Assembly: GCA_963771465.1 (NCBI GenBank)
Contig: CAVYTU010000012.1
Coordinates: forward strand, 32,001-96,000
Source of the DNA: an uncultured delta proteobacterium
GTDB lineage: Bacteria > Desulfobacterota > Binatia > UBA9968
Direction of reading: 5' to 3'
Length of the DNA: 64,000 nucleotides
In this document: piece by piece, positions 10,724-27,258 of the stretch
Layout of the letters: each line of letters opens with the position of its first letter
How positions within the stretch are numbered: the first letter of the stretch is position 1
Made by a program: the position numbers and the translations under genes
The notes under the pieces: model-generated
Seen by the model: the letters and a program-made list of their open reading frames with translations, nothing else
What the model was told of the DNA's origin: nothing
Database searches by the model: none

Positions 10724-11445
10724 AGTGTTCGATCTGGTGGCGGAACCGAAACGTGCTGCTGGCGCCAGTACGTGAAGAAGGGAACGCCACTGGCTTCGGC
10801 TACGGGCGATCTCGGCATGATGCAGGTCAATCGCAACATCTGGCGCGGGGCCCGGAAGAGCCGGTCGATGAAAAAGCTTAAGTCGTTCTACAGTCGGCTG
10901 CTTGCTGTGCTGCGCCACCCGGTCGTGCGCGACGGCCAGTGGCAATTGCTCGAATGTACATCCGTCTGGGAGGGAAACTGGACCTGTGATTGTTTCCTCG
11001 CTTTTGCCTGAAGGTTCTGACGGCGAGCGGCTGCTGGTGACGGTAAACTACGCCTCCAACCAAAGTCAGTGCTATGTCCGGCTGCCGTTCACGGATCTCG
11101 GCAACGGCCAGTGGCGGCTAGAAACCTGCTTTTTTTCCGCTTTGCCAATTTTTTCCTCGAACCTCTGTGGAATCGGCAGTGCGTCGAAAGCGTGCAGATC
11201 ACGATGGCAGAAAACTTCGGTGTCGAGGGTCGCGGTAACTTTACGACCGCACCAGCGCGCTGCCCGACGTCGTGCAGGGGTACGTCGCGTGAGGTCATCG
11301 CGGCGGCGGTGGATCGAACCCAACCACCGCCAAACCGGAAATGCTCGTCCCTGCATCGGTCGTTTTTCAAAAACCCAAACAACGTCAATCTCAACGACTG
11401 CCACCAATGGTGGACTTATGTGCCGGGCGCCAACTGGCGCCAGCA
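10724..11445. pseudogene. Mosaic of short gene fragments (patatin, transglycosylase-like, amylase, zwf, inverted zwf end, FGE-sulfatase)
   Basis: 10844-11122 aligns by eye to amylase 3471-3750; 11122-11277 to zwf 13934-14090; 11294-11320 is the exact reverse complement of 14761-14787; 11330-11445 reads [34 protein letters not shown]. Confidence 0.8.
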
Positions 11446-11528
11446 TAAAACTAAACGGAAGGGGCAGGGATAAAGATCGCTCTGCGATCTCTTGCGCCGT
11501 GCCTTAGTAAACCAGGACGAGGTGAAAC

Positions 11529-13079
11529 ATGAGGACAAGATATCAGTGGGACAACAGCATGTTGCCGATCCTCGGAATGGCGTTCCTTCTGAGCGCGTGC
11601 AGCGCCACAGTCAACTGGGATTACCCGCGCAATCCGTCAAATACTTTCGCACATCCGGAAACCACCACCGTCGGTGCGCTGTTTCAGGAAGCGGCCGACA
11701 AACATCCGGGAGTATCCGGCTTCTCTCTTATTCGGCAAGGCGGTCAGGCGTTTATGGCTCGGCTGGCGATGGCCGACTTAGCCGAAAAGACCTTGGACGG
11801 GCAGTACTACATCTGGGATGGCGACACCACCGGCCTGATTTTGGCCGACCATCTGCTGCGCGCCGCGGACCGCGGCGTCCGTGTGCGCTTGTTGATCGAC
11901 GATCATTATATGTCGGAGAGTAGAGACAACAACATTGCCGCGCTCGACGCCCATCCCAACATTGAGATCCGTTTCTTCAACCCGGTCAGGAACCGGCGTT
12001 GGCGCATGATGAGCTTCTTGGCCGAGTTTGGCCGGGTCAACCACCGCATGCACAACAAGCTGTTCGTTATGGACAACGCCGTGGGAATTGTCGGCGGACG
12101 CAACATCGCGGATGTCTATTTTGGCGTGAGTACAGCCCATAACTATCGCGATCTCGATGTCATGAACGCCGGTCCAATCGTCAACGAGATATCGGCGAGC
12201 TTCGATCTGTTCTGGAACAGCGAATGGGCACTACCCGTGGCTGCGGTCGTAGAAGAGCGCGCCAACGAACAGGATTTGCGGGACTTTAGGAAACGGCTAC
12301 AGGAAAAACTCGCCCCCACCGGCTATCCCTATCCGGTCGACGAACAGCTCGCTGGCCTCCGCGCGCGCTTGGTCCAGATCCGGGACAATTTCATCTGGGC
12401 ACCGGGCAAAGTTTTGGTCGAGCATCCCTCCAGAGTTGACACCAATTCGGACAACGTAATCGCTCTGGCACTCCGCGAGCGGGCCAATGAGGTAGAGCGC
12501 GAACTGTTGATCGAGTCGCCGTATTTCGTGCTGGGCGACGCGACTATCGAGAGGGTGCGACAACTCACGGCGCGAGGTGTCAAGGTGCGTGTGTTAACCA
12601 ATTCCGCGGCCTCTCATGACGTGCTCCCGGCGCTTGCGGGCTATGTCTATACGCGCAAGAAACTGATCAATGCCGGCATCGAGCTGTACGAGCTGCGTCC
12701 GGATACCAATATGCATCGAGACTGGTCGGTGTTGGCGGGCAAATCACAAGCCGCGTTGCATGCCAAGTCTCTTGTGTTCGATCGCAAGTCCGTGTTCATC
12801 GGCAGTTTCAATCTCGACCCTCGATCGACGGTCCTCAACACCGAGATCGGCGTGATGATCGACAGTCCAGAGATTGCCAGCCAGGTGGCAGAGTTGATGG
12901 ATGAAGGGGTCGCCCCCGGCAGCGCCTTTCACGTCACCCTCGACAAGAACGATAATCTGCTGTGGACCAATGAGTATAAAGACTCAAAAGTCGAGTACGA
13001 CACAGACCCCGACACAAACTTCTTTTATCGGTTTATCGTTAGCGTCATCGGCATGCTGCCGATTGAGGACCAGCTATAG
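11529..13079 (+). CDS. Phospholipase D family lipoprotein (ClsC/YmdC-like)
   Basis: Lipobox LSAC; two HKD motifs (HNKLFVMD, HAKSLVFD) with GGRN and GSFNLDPRS. Confidence 0.92.
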   Translation: MRTRYQWDNSMLPILGMAFLLSACSATVNWDYPRNPSNTFAHPETTTVGALFQEAADKHPGVSGFSLIRQGGQAFMARLAMADLAEKTLDGQYYIWDGDTTGLILADHLLRAADRGVRVRLLIDDHYMSESRDNNIAALDAHPNIEIRFFNPVRNRRWRMMSFLAEFGRVNHRMHNKLFVMDNAVGIVGGRNIADVYFGVSTAHNYRDLDVMNAGPIVNEISASFDLFWNSEWALPVAAVVEERANEQDLRDFRKRLQEKLAPTGYPYPVDEQLAGLRARLVQIRDNFIWAPGKVLVEHPSRVDTNSDNVIALALRERANEVERELLIESPYFVLGDATIERVRQLTARGVKVRVLTNSAASHDVLPALAGYVYTRKKLINAGIELYELRPDTNMHRDWSVLAGKSQAALHAKSLVFDRKSVFIGSFNLDPRSTVLNTEIGVMIDSPEIASQVAELMDEGVAPGSAFHVTLDKNDNLLWTNEYKDSKVEYDTDPDTNFFYRFIVSVIGMLPIEDQL

Positions 13080-13358
13080 AGGAGGCAGGGAGAGACGCGC
13101 CTAGATACTTTCGGTGGGCTCGAAGACTCAGGAATTCGGTATAAATATATAGAGCATTCGTCTGTTAGTGCGTTGACATCCACGTAGCAGCGAAGTCGAA
13201 GGGGCTGCCAATGACTGAGAAGCACAGACAAGACTAGAAACTCGAAGCTCGAAATTTGCGACAATTCGGACAAAGCAAAAATCGAAAGCACAAATGCACA
13301 CGCAGATTTTCGCTGCAAGACATGCGGTTTACGAAACAAAAGCGTAGCAAGGAAAGCG

Positions 13359-14786
13359 ATGGGTGACATGAGCACGATATTAGAATCTGTGAAGGAAGGA
13401 ATTGCGCCAAATGCTGCGTCTGCCGACGCCCTGGTTTTCTTTGGCGCTACCGGGGATCTCGCCCATAAGAAGATATTTCCCGCTCTGCAAGCGCTGGCCA
13501 AACGCGGCAAGCTCGACTTTCCGATTATCGGCGTCGCCAAAGCTGGTTGGACGCTCGACCAACTCCGCGCACGCGCGCGGGACAGCGTTGAGCACTATGG
13601 CGGTTTGGACACGGACGCTTTTAGCCGTCTGAGCGGACTCATGGACTATGTTGACGGCGACTATTCCGATCCGGTGACTTTTCAGGAGTTGCGCCGAAAA
13701 CTGGGCGACGCGCAGCAGCCGACGCACTATCTTGCCATCCCGCCCAGCTTGTTCGAGACCGTCATTCGTGGGCTCGACGAATCGGGTTGCGCCAAGGGCG
13801 CGCGAATCGTAATCGAAAAACCTTTCGGACAAGATCTTGCCACAGCGAAAACCCTCAACGGAGTGGTGCACGGCGTCTTCAGGGAAGAAAATGTTTTTCG
13901 CATCGACCACTATCTCGGCAAAAACGCGGTGCAAAACCTGCTCTTTTTCCGCTTTGCCAATTCTTTTCTCGAGCCTCTGTGGAATCGGCAGTGCGTCGAA
14001 AGCGTACAGATCACGATGGCGGAAAGCTTCGGTGTCCAGGGTCGCGGCAACTTTTACGACCGCACGGGCGCGCTCCGCGACGTCGTGCAGAACCATCTGC
14101 TGCAAGTGTCTGACCAATATTGCGATGGAGCCTCCGCCCGGGCTGGATGTCGAGATGTTGCGCGACGAAAAAGCCAAGGTGTTGAAAGGAATTCGCCCGC
14201 TCCGGCCGCGGGATGTGGTGCGCGGTCAGTTTCGCGGTTATCGCGACGAGCCAGGAGTAAAGGCCGACTCTCAGACGGAAACCTTTGTGGCGTTGCGGCT
14301 CGAGATCAATTCGTGGCGCTGGAAGGGTGTGCGGTTCTACATCCGCGCGGGGAAGAACCTTCCCGTGACGGCAACCGAAGTGATCGTCAAGCTGCGCCAG
14401 CCTCCGGCGGTTTTCACGGAGCGTTCCCCTTCCGGCCAACTATTTTCGCTTTCGCGTGACGCCCGATTTGATGATTGCGGTGGGCGCGTTGGTAAAGAAA
14501 GCGGGCGAGCAGCTCGAAGGGCAACAGGTCGAACTCGTGATCAGCCAGCAATCCGATCCCGCCGAGATGGGAGCTTACGAGGAACTGTTGTACGACGCGG
14601 TGCAAGGGAATTCCGGTCGCTTTGCGCGTCAAGACTATGTCGAAGAGGCATGGCGGATCGTGGATCCCATTTTTGGGGAGGAGGTTCCTGTTTACGAGTA
14701 TGAGCCGGGCACATGGGGGCCGCCGCAGGCGAGCGCGCTGATTGCGCCCGACGGCGGAGTGGTTCGATCCACCGCCGCCGCGATGA
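13359..14786 (+). CDS. zwf: Glucose-6-phosphate dehydrogenase (frameshifted)
   Basis: [57 protein letters not shown] across three ORF pieces. Confidence 0.93.
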
Positions 14787-14790
14787 CTCC

Positions 14791-15846
14791 ATGGAATTCA
14801 GCAAAGCTTACACTCGCGTGAATTTTTTTTGCGGCAAGTACGTTGCCAGCGCGCGAGACGTTTTTCTCCACGGCTATCGTGGCGGGGCTGCCGCTCTTGG
14901 TGGCCGCCGGTTGTGGCGCGATCGAGAGCTTCAACCCGGTGACGCGCCAGGGACTTTCCATCGCCAACTTATTCGTTGTGGTGTTGGTGATCTCGGCTGT
15001 TATCTTCCTGCTCGTCGCCGGCTTGTTGGTCTACATACTTTTTCGCTACCGAGGACGGCCCGGAGAGCAGGATCCGGCGCAGGTGCACGGCAACAGGAAT
15101 CTCGAGATCGCGTGGACGGTGATACCGGCGCTCATCTTGGTTGTGTTATTCCTCTTGGGACTCCAGACCATGAACACGGTCAACGCCACCGATCCGTCAG
15201 CGCTGCGGATTAAAGTCATTGGCCATCAGTGGTGGTGGGAATTTCAGTATCCGGAACTTGCGTAGTGACGGCAAATGAAGTGCACGTGCCGGTAGGAGTG
15301 CCGCTCAAACTCGAGCTTGAATCCGCCGACGTGATCCATAGCTTCTGGGTGCCCCAGCTTGGCTGGAAGAGAGTACCAATTCCCGGAAAGACGAACGATA
15401 TGTGGGTGCAGTTTGATCGGGCGGGTGTGTATGACGGGCCCTGTACGGAGTATTGCGGTCTCCAACATGCTTGGATGCGCATCCGCTTGGTGGCCCTAAC
15501 GGCGGAACGATTTAAGGCCTGGATCGAGCAACAGCGGCGCTCGGCGCCCGATCATCGCGGGGGCGATACGGCATTGCGTGGGCAGGAGATTTTTTTGCGC
15601 AACACCTGCGTCAACTGCCACGCCGTGCGCGGAACTCCGGCCGCCGCCAAGATCGGTCCGGACCTCACGCACTTTGCGAGCCGCTCGACCATTGGCGCGG
15701 GGGTGGTGGCCAATTCGCCGCAGAACTTGCGCCGCTGGGTGAAAGAAGTCCAGACGATGAAGCCTGGAGTGTTGATGCCGAATTACCCAGAGCTGTCCGA
15801 TGAGGACGTGACGGCGCTCGCGGAATTCCTGGGAGGGCTTAAATAA
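14791..15846 (+). CDS. coxB: Cytochrome c oxidase subunit II with C-terminal cytochrome c (caa3 type), frameshifted
   Basis: HGNRNLEIAWT, GHQWWWEF, DVIHSFW, CuA motif CTEYCGLQHAWM, heme c motif CVNCH. Confidence 0.92.
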
Positions 15847-17594
<1,748 letters not shown>

Positions 17595-17620
17595 AGGGCA
17601 GCGAGGTTGAAGGAACTATT

Positions 17621-17808
17621 ATGAGTGAAGACAAGAAAACAACTGAAAAAATTCATCTCCCTCAGGCTTCGTGTGGCCCGCCGTGTGCGGCGCCGGCATC
17701 GCGTTGATGGGTTTTGGCCTGGTAACAAACATTTTCTTCAGCGCCGTCGGAGTGCTGGTGATGGCATGGTCGTTCGTCGGCTGGATCGGAGAGTTGTGCC
17801 ATGACTGA
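17621..17808 (+). CDS. Small two-helix oxidase subunit (subunit IV-like), frameshifted
   Basis: MSEDKKTTEKIHLPQAS.WP start, two hydrophobic segments, ends GWIGELCHD; lies between subunit III and the Rieske gene. Confidence 0.55.
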
Positions 17809-18286
17809 ACCCGTGAGTCGGCGCCGGTTTTTATCCCGGATTACTCTCGCGCTAAGTGGCGCCATCGGCGTAGTTGTCAGCGCGCCGATCGTGGCTTATC
17901 TGCTCAGCCCGCTGATAAGGCCCACTCGGCAATCCTGGCAACGCATCGGATCTACGGACAAGTTCAAAATCGGCAAGACAGTTCAGGTTGCTCTTGAGGA
18001 CCCGTCATCGTTGGCATGGGCGGGCCACACGGCGCGCACGGCAGCGTGGCTCAGGCGCGACAGCGAGACAAGCTTTACTGTGTTTACGGTGAACTGCACA
18101 CACTTGGGCTGCCCGGTGAGCTGGCTGGAAGACGCTCGGTTGTTTCTGTGCCCCTGTCACGGCGGCGTCTACAACGCGGACGGCTCGGTGGCCGCGGGTC
18201 CGCCCCCTCATCCGCTTCTCTGCTACGAAGTCCGCGTGCAAAACGGCGAGGTCGAAATACTGGGCCGCGGGCTCCAGTTCAGCTAA
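17801..18286 (+). CDS. qcrA: Rieske iron-sulfur subunit of a menaquinol:cytochrome c reductase
   Basis: Tat signal SRRRFL; CTHLGC and CPCHGGVY boxes; GPPP.PL. Confidence 0.92.
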   Translation: MTEPVSRRRFLSRITLALSGAIGVVVSAPIVAYLLSPLIRPTRQSWQRIGSTDKFKIGKTVQVALEDPSSLAWAGHTARTAAWLRRDSETSFTVFTVNCTHLGCPVSWLEDARLFLCPCHGGVYNADGSVAAGPPPHPLLCYEVRVQNGEVEILGRGLQFS

Positions 18287-18300
18287 TCATGGAGCATGGG

Positions 18301-19709
18301 ATGGCGCGCATAAAGCTCATTTACCTGTGGTTGGATGACAGACTGGGGATCTCGAGCTCGATCCTGCCGATCATCCAGCATCCGCTCCCTCCCAATCTCA
18401 CCTGGTGGTACGTGTTGGGCAGCGCGACGCTAGTGGCCTTTGTCATGCAGGTCGTCACCGGCGTTGCGCTGGCGTTCACCTACGTGCACGCGCCGAGTGA
18501 TGCCTACGAGAGTCTGGAATTCATTACCCAGCGAGCCGTGCTTGGAAACATCGTGCGCGGCATCCACTATTGGGGCTCCTCAGCCATGGTGGTGCTGATG
18601 TTCCTCCACATGGCATCGGCTTATCTAATGGCTGCGTACAAATATCCGCGCGAGCTGACCTGGGTCAGCGGGGTTTTCCTGCTTGCCCTGACGTTGGCCA
18701 TGGCGTTCACCGGTGAGCTCTGCGCTGGAATCAGGACGCCTACTGGGCGATCGTGCTCGTCGCCGCGCAGGTTTCCCGCGTGCCGGTGATCGGCACTTGG
18801 CTGACGCAGCTCGTGGTCGCCGGCCAGACAGTGGGCGGCGCGACGCTCACGCGCTTTTACGCAACTCATGTGTTCCTCATTCCTGCTCTCACGTTCGGGC
18901 TGATGGGTATCCATCTTTACATGGTGACGCGGCATGGTGTTTCCGAGCCGCCGAAGACGAGTGGGCCGGTTGACCCAGCGACATACCGGCAGCGCTACCA
19001 TGAAAAACTCACCCGGGAGGGCGTCCCGTTCTGGCCAGACTTCGCCTGGAAGGACGTGGTCTTCGCGCTTTTCGCCGGCTCGATTGTGCTGATCCTAGCA
19101 ATCGTATTCGGGGCACCGGAGCTCGGCGAGAAGGCGGATCCGACGCTGATACAGGCTCATCCCAAGCCGGACTGGTATTTTTTATGGCTTTACGCCCTTG
19201 CCGCTTTGATTCCCCCGGAGTTGGAGATAGTCATGACCCTCGGGATGGGCGCAGTGGGATTCCTCTTGGTCATCTTGCCGTTCATTGCGCCATTCGGCGA
19301 GCGGCGCGCTTCACGACGACCGTGGGCGATCGCGGTGGTCGGCTTTGCAACCCTTGCTATCGGGGTCCTGCTCTGGGAAGGGTTTCGCGCACCGTGGTCC
19401 CCTGCGCTTCACGCGCGCCTGCCAACGGAGGTGACCGCTAGGTTGCAAGGTGGCGCGGTCCAGGGCGGAAACCTATTTCAGCAGAAGGGTTGCATGAACT
19501 GTCACATCGTCGCTGGCGCCGGCGGCTTGCGCGGGCCCGAGCTTAGCGATGTGGCCAGCCGCCTCTCGCGGGAACAACTCACGTGGCGCATCCTGTACGG
19601 GGCGCACAACATGCCGGCCTATGCCACGACACTTCGACCAGAGGAGCTGAATGCGCTGGTTGACTTCCTCGGAATCCATCATGGGACCAAGACTAAGAAA
19701 GGTCATTGA
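18301..19709 (+). CDS. qcrB: Cytochrome b fused to C-terminal cytochrome c (one frameshift near 18720)
   Basis: RGIHYWGSS, FLH, TLTRFYATHVFLIP, PDWY motif, C-terminal CMNCH...MPAY. Confidence 0.9.
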
Positions 19710-20637
19710 CGCGGTCGCTGGCGCCGTCCTGGTCGTGCTCGGGGCTCCAGTCCCCGCCGCACTGGGTCATGACGAGATCCCGCTGGCGCCGCAGTCCCTG
19801 TGGGGCGGCTGGAACTGGGAGCCAATGGTCCTATTTGGCCTGGCACTCGCAGCATGGGTCTATGGCCGAGGCGTGAGCGCGCTCTGGCGGCGCGCTGGTG
19901 CTGGACGAGGGATTCGCTACGGGAAGGTCGTAGCATTTGGCGCAGGGCTGATGGCGTTATTCGCAGCGCTCGTGTCGCCACTCGATGGACTGAGCGCAGC
20001 GCTGGCGTCGGCGCACATGGTTCAGCACTTGGTGCTGATCCTGATTGCCGCTCCAATGCTTGTTCTCGGCGCGCCACTTGTGCCCCTCTTATGGGCAGTT
20101 CCGAAACCGATGCGCCTTGCGCTCGGAAGCTGGTGGAAGCAAACAGTGATCTTGCGCGCGGCTTGGTCTGCCTTCACCCGGCCGGTCGTGGTGTGGCTGC
20201 TCAACGCGGCCGCCATGTGGATCTGGCACTTTCCAGCTCTCTACCAAGCCGCGTTGCGGAACGAGTTCATTCACGTCATTGAGCATGTGTGCTTGTTCGG
20301 CACAGCAGTCCTGTTTTGGCGGACAATTTTTCCGTCCGGCAAGAGCGGGCGCCTAAGCTACGGCACTCGGGTGCTCTACGTGTTTTTTATGGGGACGCAG
20401 AGCGGCGTGCTTGGCGCTCTCCTCACTTTCGCGCCGACGCCTTGGTACCCTGCGTACGCGGCGCGCGGCGCAGCGTGGGGCTTCACTCTTCTCGAGGATC
20501 AGCAGCTAGCCGGGCTCATCATGTGGGTTCCGGCAGGGCTGATCTACCTTCATGTGGCGGTTTTTCTCTTCATGACATGGCTGCGAGCGGAAGAGCGGAT
20601 AACGCTTCCCGCTGAGACCCGGCTCGGGTCAGCGTAG
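19681..20637 (+). CDS. ctaG: caa3-type cytochrome c oxidase assembly factor
   Basis: SAHMVQHL, WIWHFPALY, HVIEH, LEDQQLAGLIMWVP. Confidence 0.88.
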   Translation: MGPRLRKVIDAVAGAVLVVLGAPVPAALGHDEIPLAPQSLWGGWNWEPMVLFGLALAAWVYGRGVSALWRRAGAGRGIRYGKVVAFGAGLMALFAALVSPLDGLSAALASAHMVQHLVLILIAAPMLVLGAPLVPLLWAVPKPMRLALGSWWKQTVILRAAWSAFTRPVVVWLLNAAAMWIWHFPALYQAALRNEFIHVIEHVCLFGTAVLFWRTIFPSGKSGRLSYGTRVLYVFFMGTQSGVLGALLTFAPTPWYPAYAARGAAWGFTLLEDQQLAGLIMWVPAGLIYLHVAVFLFMTWLRAEERITLPAETRLGSA

Positions 20638-20715
20638 GAATTTAAATTTTGACGAGCCCCACTCTATGACAGTGCCCGCGCGGCACAGCCTCGGCGCCAC
20701 GGAAGGGAAAGCTCT

Positions 20716-22295
20716 ATGAGTAACGGAAAATACGACGTCATCATCATTGGCAGCGGGGCGGGTGGTGGGACTCTGGCTCGGAAGCTGCGCCTTCTCGGGC
20801 AAGAGCATCCTGATACTCGAACGCGGCGGATTCCTGCCGCGTGAGAAGCAGAATTGGGATGCAACCGAAGTTTTCATAAAGAACCGCTATGTGTCGAAGG
20901 AAACCTGGTATGACAAGCACGGCAAGCCGTTCCAGCCAGGTGTCCATTACTTCGTCGGCGGCGCAACCAAGATGTACGGCGCGGCACTGTTTCGCATGCG
21001 TAAGGAAGATTTCACCGCGCACCGCACCGCCGACGGGATGACGCCCGCCTGGCCAATCGGCTACGGGGATCTCGAACCTTATTACACGCAGGCCGAGAAG
21101 CTTTATAAAGTCCACGGCGCGCGCGGAGACGATCCCACCGATCCGCCGGCGAGCGCACCGTATCCCTTTCCGGCGGTCAGCCACGAACCGCGCATTCAGG
21201 AAATTGCACGATGACTTGACAGCGTGCGGGCTATCGTCCCGTCCTATGCACCCATGCGGCATCCTGCTCAACGAGCAGGACTGCGCCTAACAGCATCTGC
21301 ATTCGCTGCGATGACCTGCGACGGCTATCCCGTGCCTGGTCCACGCCAAGTCGGACGCCGAGGTGCATCGCTGTTCGTCCCGCCTTGAAGCATCCGAATG
21401 TGACATTGGTAACCAACGCCAACGTGCCAGCGGCTAGAGACCAGCCCAACCGGACAGCGAGGTAACCGAGGTGATCGTCGAACGCAGGGCCGGCGCGAGG
21501 AATACTATCAGGCGGCATCGTCGTGGTGTCGTGCGGCGCGGCCAACTCCGCCGGTTGCTCCTGATGTCGGCCAACGAGAAACATCCGCACGGTCTAGCCA
21601 ACGGCTCCGACAAGCTTGGCCGCCACTACATGTACCACAACACCGTCGCTGTGGTGGCCGTTTCCAGACGCGAACCGAATCCGACCGTGTTTCAAAAGAC
21701 ACTGACGATTGAATGATTTCTATTTCGGCATGAAGGACTTACGAATATCCCGATGGGAAATATCCAGATGCGTCGGCAAGTCCAAAGGACCGATGTATCG
21801 GGGGGAGGACGCGCCAAAGGTTCGCGCCCAGCTTCACGCTCGATGAAGATGGCGCAAGCACGCCGTCGATTTCTGGCTCACGAGCGAAGACCTGCCGATG
21901 CCGGAAAATCGCGTCACTGTGGATTCGCAAGACGGCACATCAAATTGAGCTACGACGTTCAACAATCAAGAGCCAAGCAAACGGCTCTACGACACAACTG
22001 AAGTCCATGCTCGATGACATGGGCATGCACCCGAGGCATTAATCCCGCGCAATCTCTACTTCGAAGAAAAAGATTCCGATCGTGGCGGCGTTGGCGCACC
22101 AGGCCGGCACCTGCCGCTTCGGCAAAGACCCGAAGACGTTCCGTGCTCGATGTGAACTGCAAGGCCCATGAACTGGATAACCTTTACGTCGTGGACACGA
22201 GCTTTTTCCCGAGCATCGGCGCGATGAATCCGGCTTTGACGGCCATCGCCAATGCGCTGCGGGTTGGCGATCATCTGCTCGAACGGCTTAAGTAA
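20716..22295 (+). CDS. GMC family FAD oxidoreductase (heavily frameshifted)
   Basis: YDVIIIGSGAGGGT, VGGATKMYGAALFR, AHQAGTCRFG, LDNLYVVDTSFFPSIGAMNPALT. Confidence 0.85.
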
Positions 22296-22307
22296 GAGAG
22301 AAGAACA

Positions 22308-23530
22308 TTGGCCCAACGAAACGAAATCGCGGCCATCTATGCTGCCGGTGTAATTCAAGGCGTGGCGCTCGTCACTTTTCCAGCAGCCAGCACGGTGTTC
22401 ACCAGCTCCAACGACTTCGGCCTATCGAGCACGGAATATGGCGGTATGTTTGTGCCCCAGGCGATCATGGCGATTGGTTCGTCGCTCTTGGGCGCGCGTT
22501 TGACGCGCGCTCTCGGCACCAAGCGCGTTTACCTGCTGGGCCTGGGCGCCAATGTACTGGCGATGGCGCTGCTTTTCTTGAGCCAATTCATAATGCACGA
22601 GCGCTCGCTTGCTTACAGCATCTTGCTGCGTGGCCACAGCTTGCATGGGTATCGGCTTCGGGCTAACGGTGCCGGCACTGAACACCTTTACCGCGGTGTT
22701 CTTTCCCTACAAGGTGGACACCGCCGTGCTGATACTGAACGCCATGCTAGGGCTAGGGACGATGCTGGCGCCGGTGTTTATCACCCTCTTCGTTGGCTTG
22801 GGCTTCTGGTGGGGGCTGCCTGTTCTCGTCAGCTGTGCTGGCCGCGGCGCTGCTATCGTTCAGCCTGCGCCTGCCTCTGCACGACGGAGCACAAACCCAC
22901 GGCGCGCGAGAGCCGAACAGCAAAGCGACGCTGCCAGCGCGGTACTGGGTCTTCGCCGCATTTGCCTTGCTCTACGGAGTTTGCGAAACGATAAACGGAA
23001 ACTGGGCCTCTCTCTACATGACGCAGAACCTCGGAGCGAGCACAACCTTGGGTTCCCTGGCCCTGACGATCTTCTGGGGCACTGTAACCGCCGGACGCAT
23101 TCTCTTCGCGGCCACCGGGCGATGGTTGCCTGAAGGCCGCACTTACCGGCTCTTGCCTTTCGTGGTGGCGCTCGCTCTTGTCATCGTCGCCTTCATCCCC
23201 AAGGAAAATCCGGTCCTTGGAATTCTAGCCTTTGGATTGGCGGGATTTGGCTGTTCGGCTCTACTGCCGTTGACCATCAGCTTCGGCCAGAAAGAACTAA
23301 CCCCTATCGCTGCTTCGGTTGCCGGCGGCTTGATCGCTTTTTATCAGATCGGCTACGGCATCGGAGCCTTCGGTGTCGGCCCATTGCAAAGCTGGGCTGG
23401 ATTGGATTTGGACGTCATCTTCGGCGCTACGGCGACCGCGGCGCTGGCGATGTCGGCGTTGTCCTTTGTCGTTGTTCGACCGTCGGCCGCCAGAATTCCA
23501 CTAACGGTTACAAAAGAGAAAATATCATGA
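22308..23530 (+). CDS. MFS transporter (frameshifted)
   Basis: About 12 hydrophobic segments across three overlapping ORFs (22308-22994, 22609-23133, 22793-23530). Confidence 0.8.
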
Positions 23531-23638
23531 AACTGAAAGGAGTGGCGCGGTGAAGGAACCACCGGCTGACAAATGCTCTATGCGTATCAATATCGATGAC
23601 CAGGAATCGAATCAAACCAGTAGATTGAGAACTCACGC

Positions 23639-26371
<2,733 letters not shown>

Positions 26372-26413
26372 CTTTGACATAAGCCGCATAAAATGAGATT
26401 GCGCTGAGGAAAA

Positions 26414-26857
26414 CTAGAAGTAACGGTGATCGCACTCCAGGGCCAATTCTCGAACATGCTTGGCAAGGAACATCGAAGCGTTTCGGTAGAAAATTAAACC
26501 GAAAGTCGGTCGCTCTGTAACCAATTGTGCCAGCTTATCGAAAGGTATCCGTACGAGCTGCGTGCGCTCCCGGACGACGGCCGAAGCGACTCGTTTATCG
26601 GAATGAAAAAAAGCCAGTTCGCCGAGGCTCTGGCCGCTTCCCATCGTGGCGAAGGGGATCTGTTTCCCTTGGGGAATAATGTCGACGGTACCCATCTCAA
26701 TGATAAAAATAGCATCGGAGTCTTGACCAGCGTCGTAAATTAGATTGCCCGCCGTAAGGTCTTTTTCCTCTGCGATTCCGGCCAGGGCGGAGAGATCGCT
26801 GGCCGCTATATCGCGAAACAAATAGGTATTCTTGATAAGGTCGAGTTTATTCATCAA
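26414..26857 (-). CDS. Stand-alone cyclic-nucleotide-binding domain protein
   Basis: LF..L...DL..LA, G..S..IFII..G.V.I, GQSLGELAF...KRVASA; no HTH. Confidence 0.85.
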   Translation of the reverse strand: MMNKLDLIKNTYLFRDIAASDLSALAGIAEEKDLTAGNLIYDAGQDSDAIFIIEMGTVDIIPQGKQIPFATMGSGQSLGELAFFHSDKRVASAVVRERTQLVRIPFDKLAQLVTERPTFGLIFYRNASMFLAKHVRELALECDHRYF

Positions 26858-27201
26858 CGATTATCCCCCAATTTCATTTTTGGTCCACTCGTGTTGCCAA
26901 GTGCCGATACGCCTTCGCGAGGGATCCATTTTTAAGTCTCGGTTGAATTGCGTACACCACCAAAGGCGACGATATCGGATCGACCATATATACCAAACGT
27001 CGGACGCTCTTCAACTTACTAAAAAGTAATGATGCGCCATTTGCCGAGTAGTAAAGAGTGGTGGCAAGACCTACAAACGACATCTCCTCCCGAACATCCC
27101 GGCGAGATTGAACTACTGAAGCGATGAAAAATTCAATTCAACGGAAGCAAACAGAGGCAAGATGTTAAACCCTATTTGGGGGCCCGGGGAGTGCTGCTTC
27201 G

Positions 27202-27258
27202 TATTGGACTAAGGTCCAATATCTAAATGTTTGACCCTGGCATATGTGTGACTATGAT
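27202..27258 (+). promoter_or_regulatory. Palindromic operator copy 2 (TATTGGAC-TAAG-GTCCAATA) with adjacent sigma70-like promoter
   Basis: Perfect 8-4-8 inverted repeat at 27202-27221; TTGACC (27231-36), 16 bp, TATGAT (27253-58). Confidence 0.72.

Noticed and set aside
10724-11445. DGR template repeat or CRISPR-like spacer array as explanation of the mosaic
   Set aside because: Differences are not confined to adenines, there are no repeats between fragments, and no RT or Cas gene is in the window.
26874-27083. 69 aa minus-strand ORF upstream of the cNMP gene
   Set aside because: GGAGGAG abuts the ATG with no spacing and there is no recognisable motif; cannot be supported.
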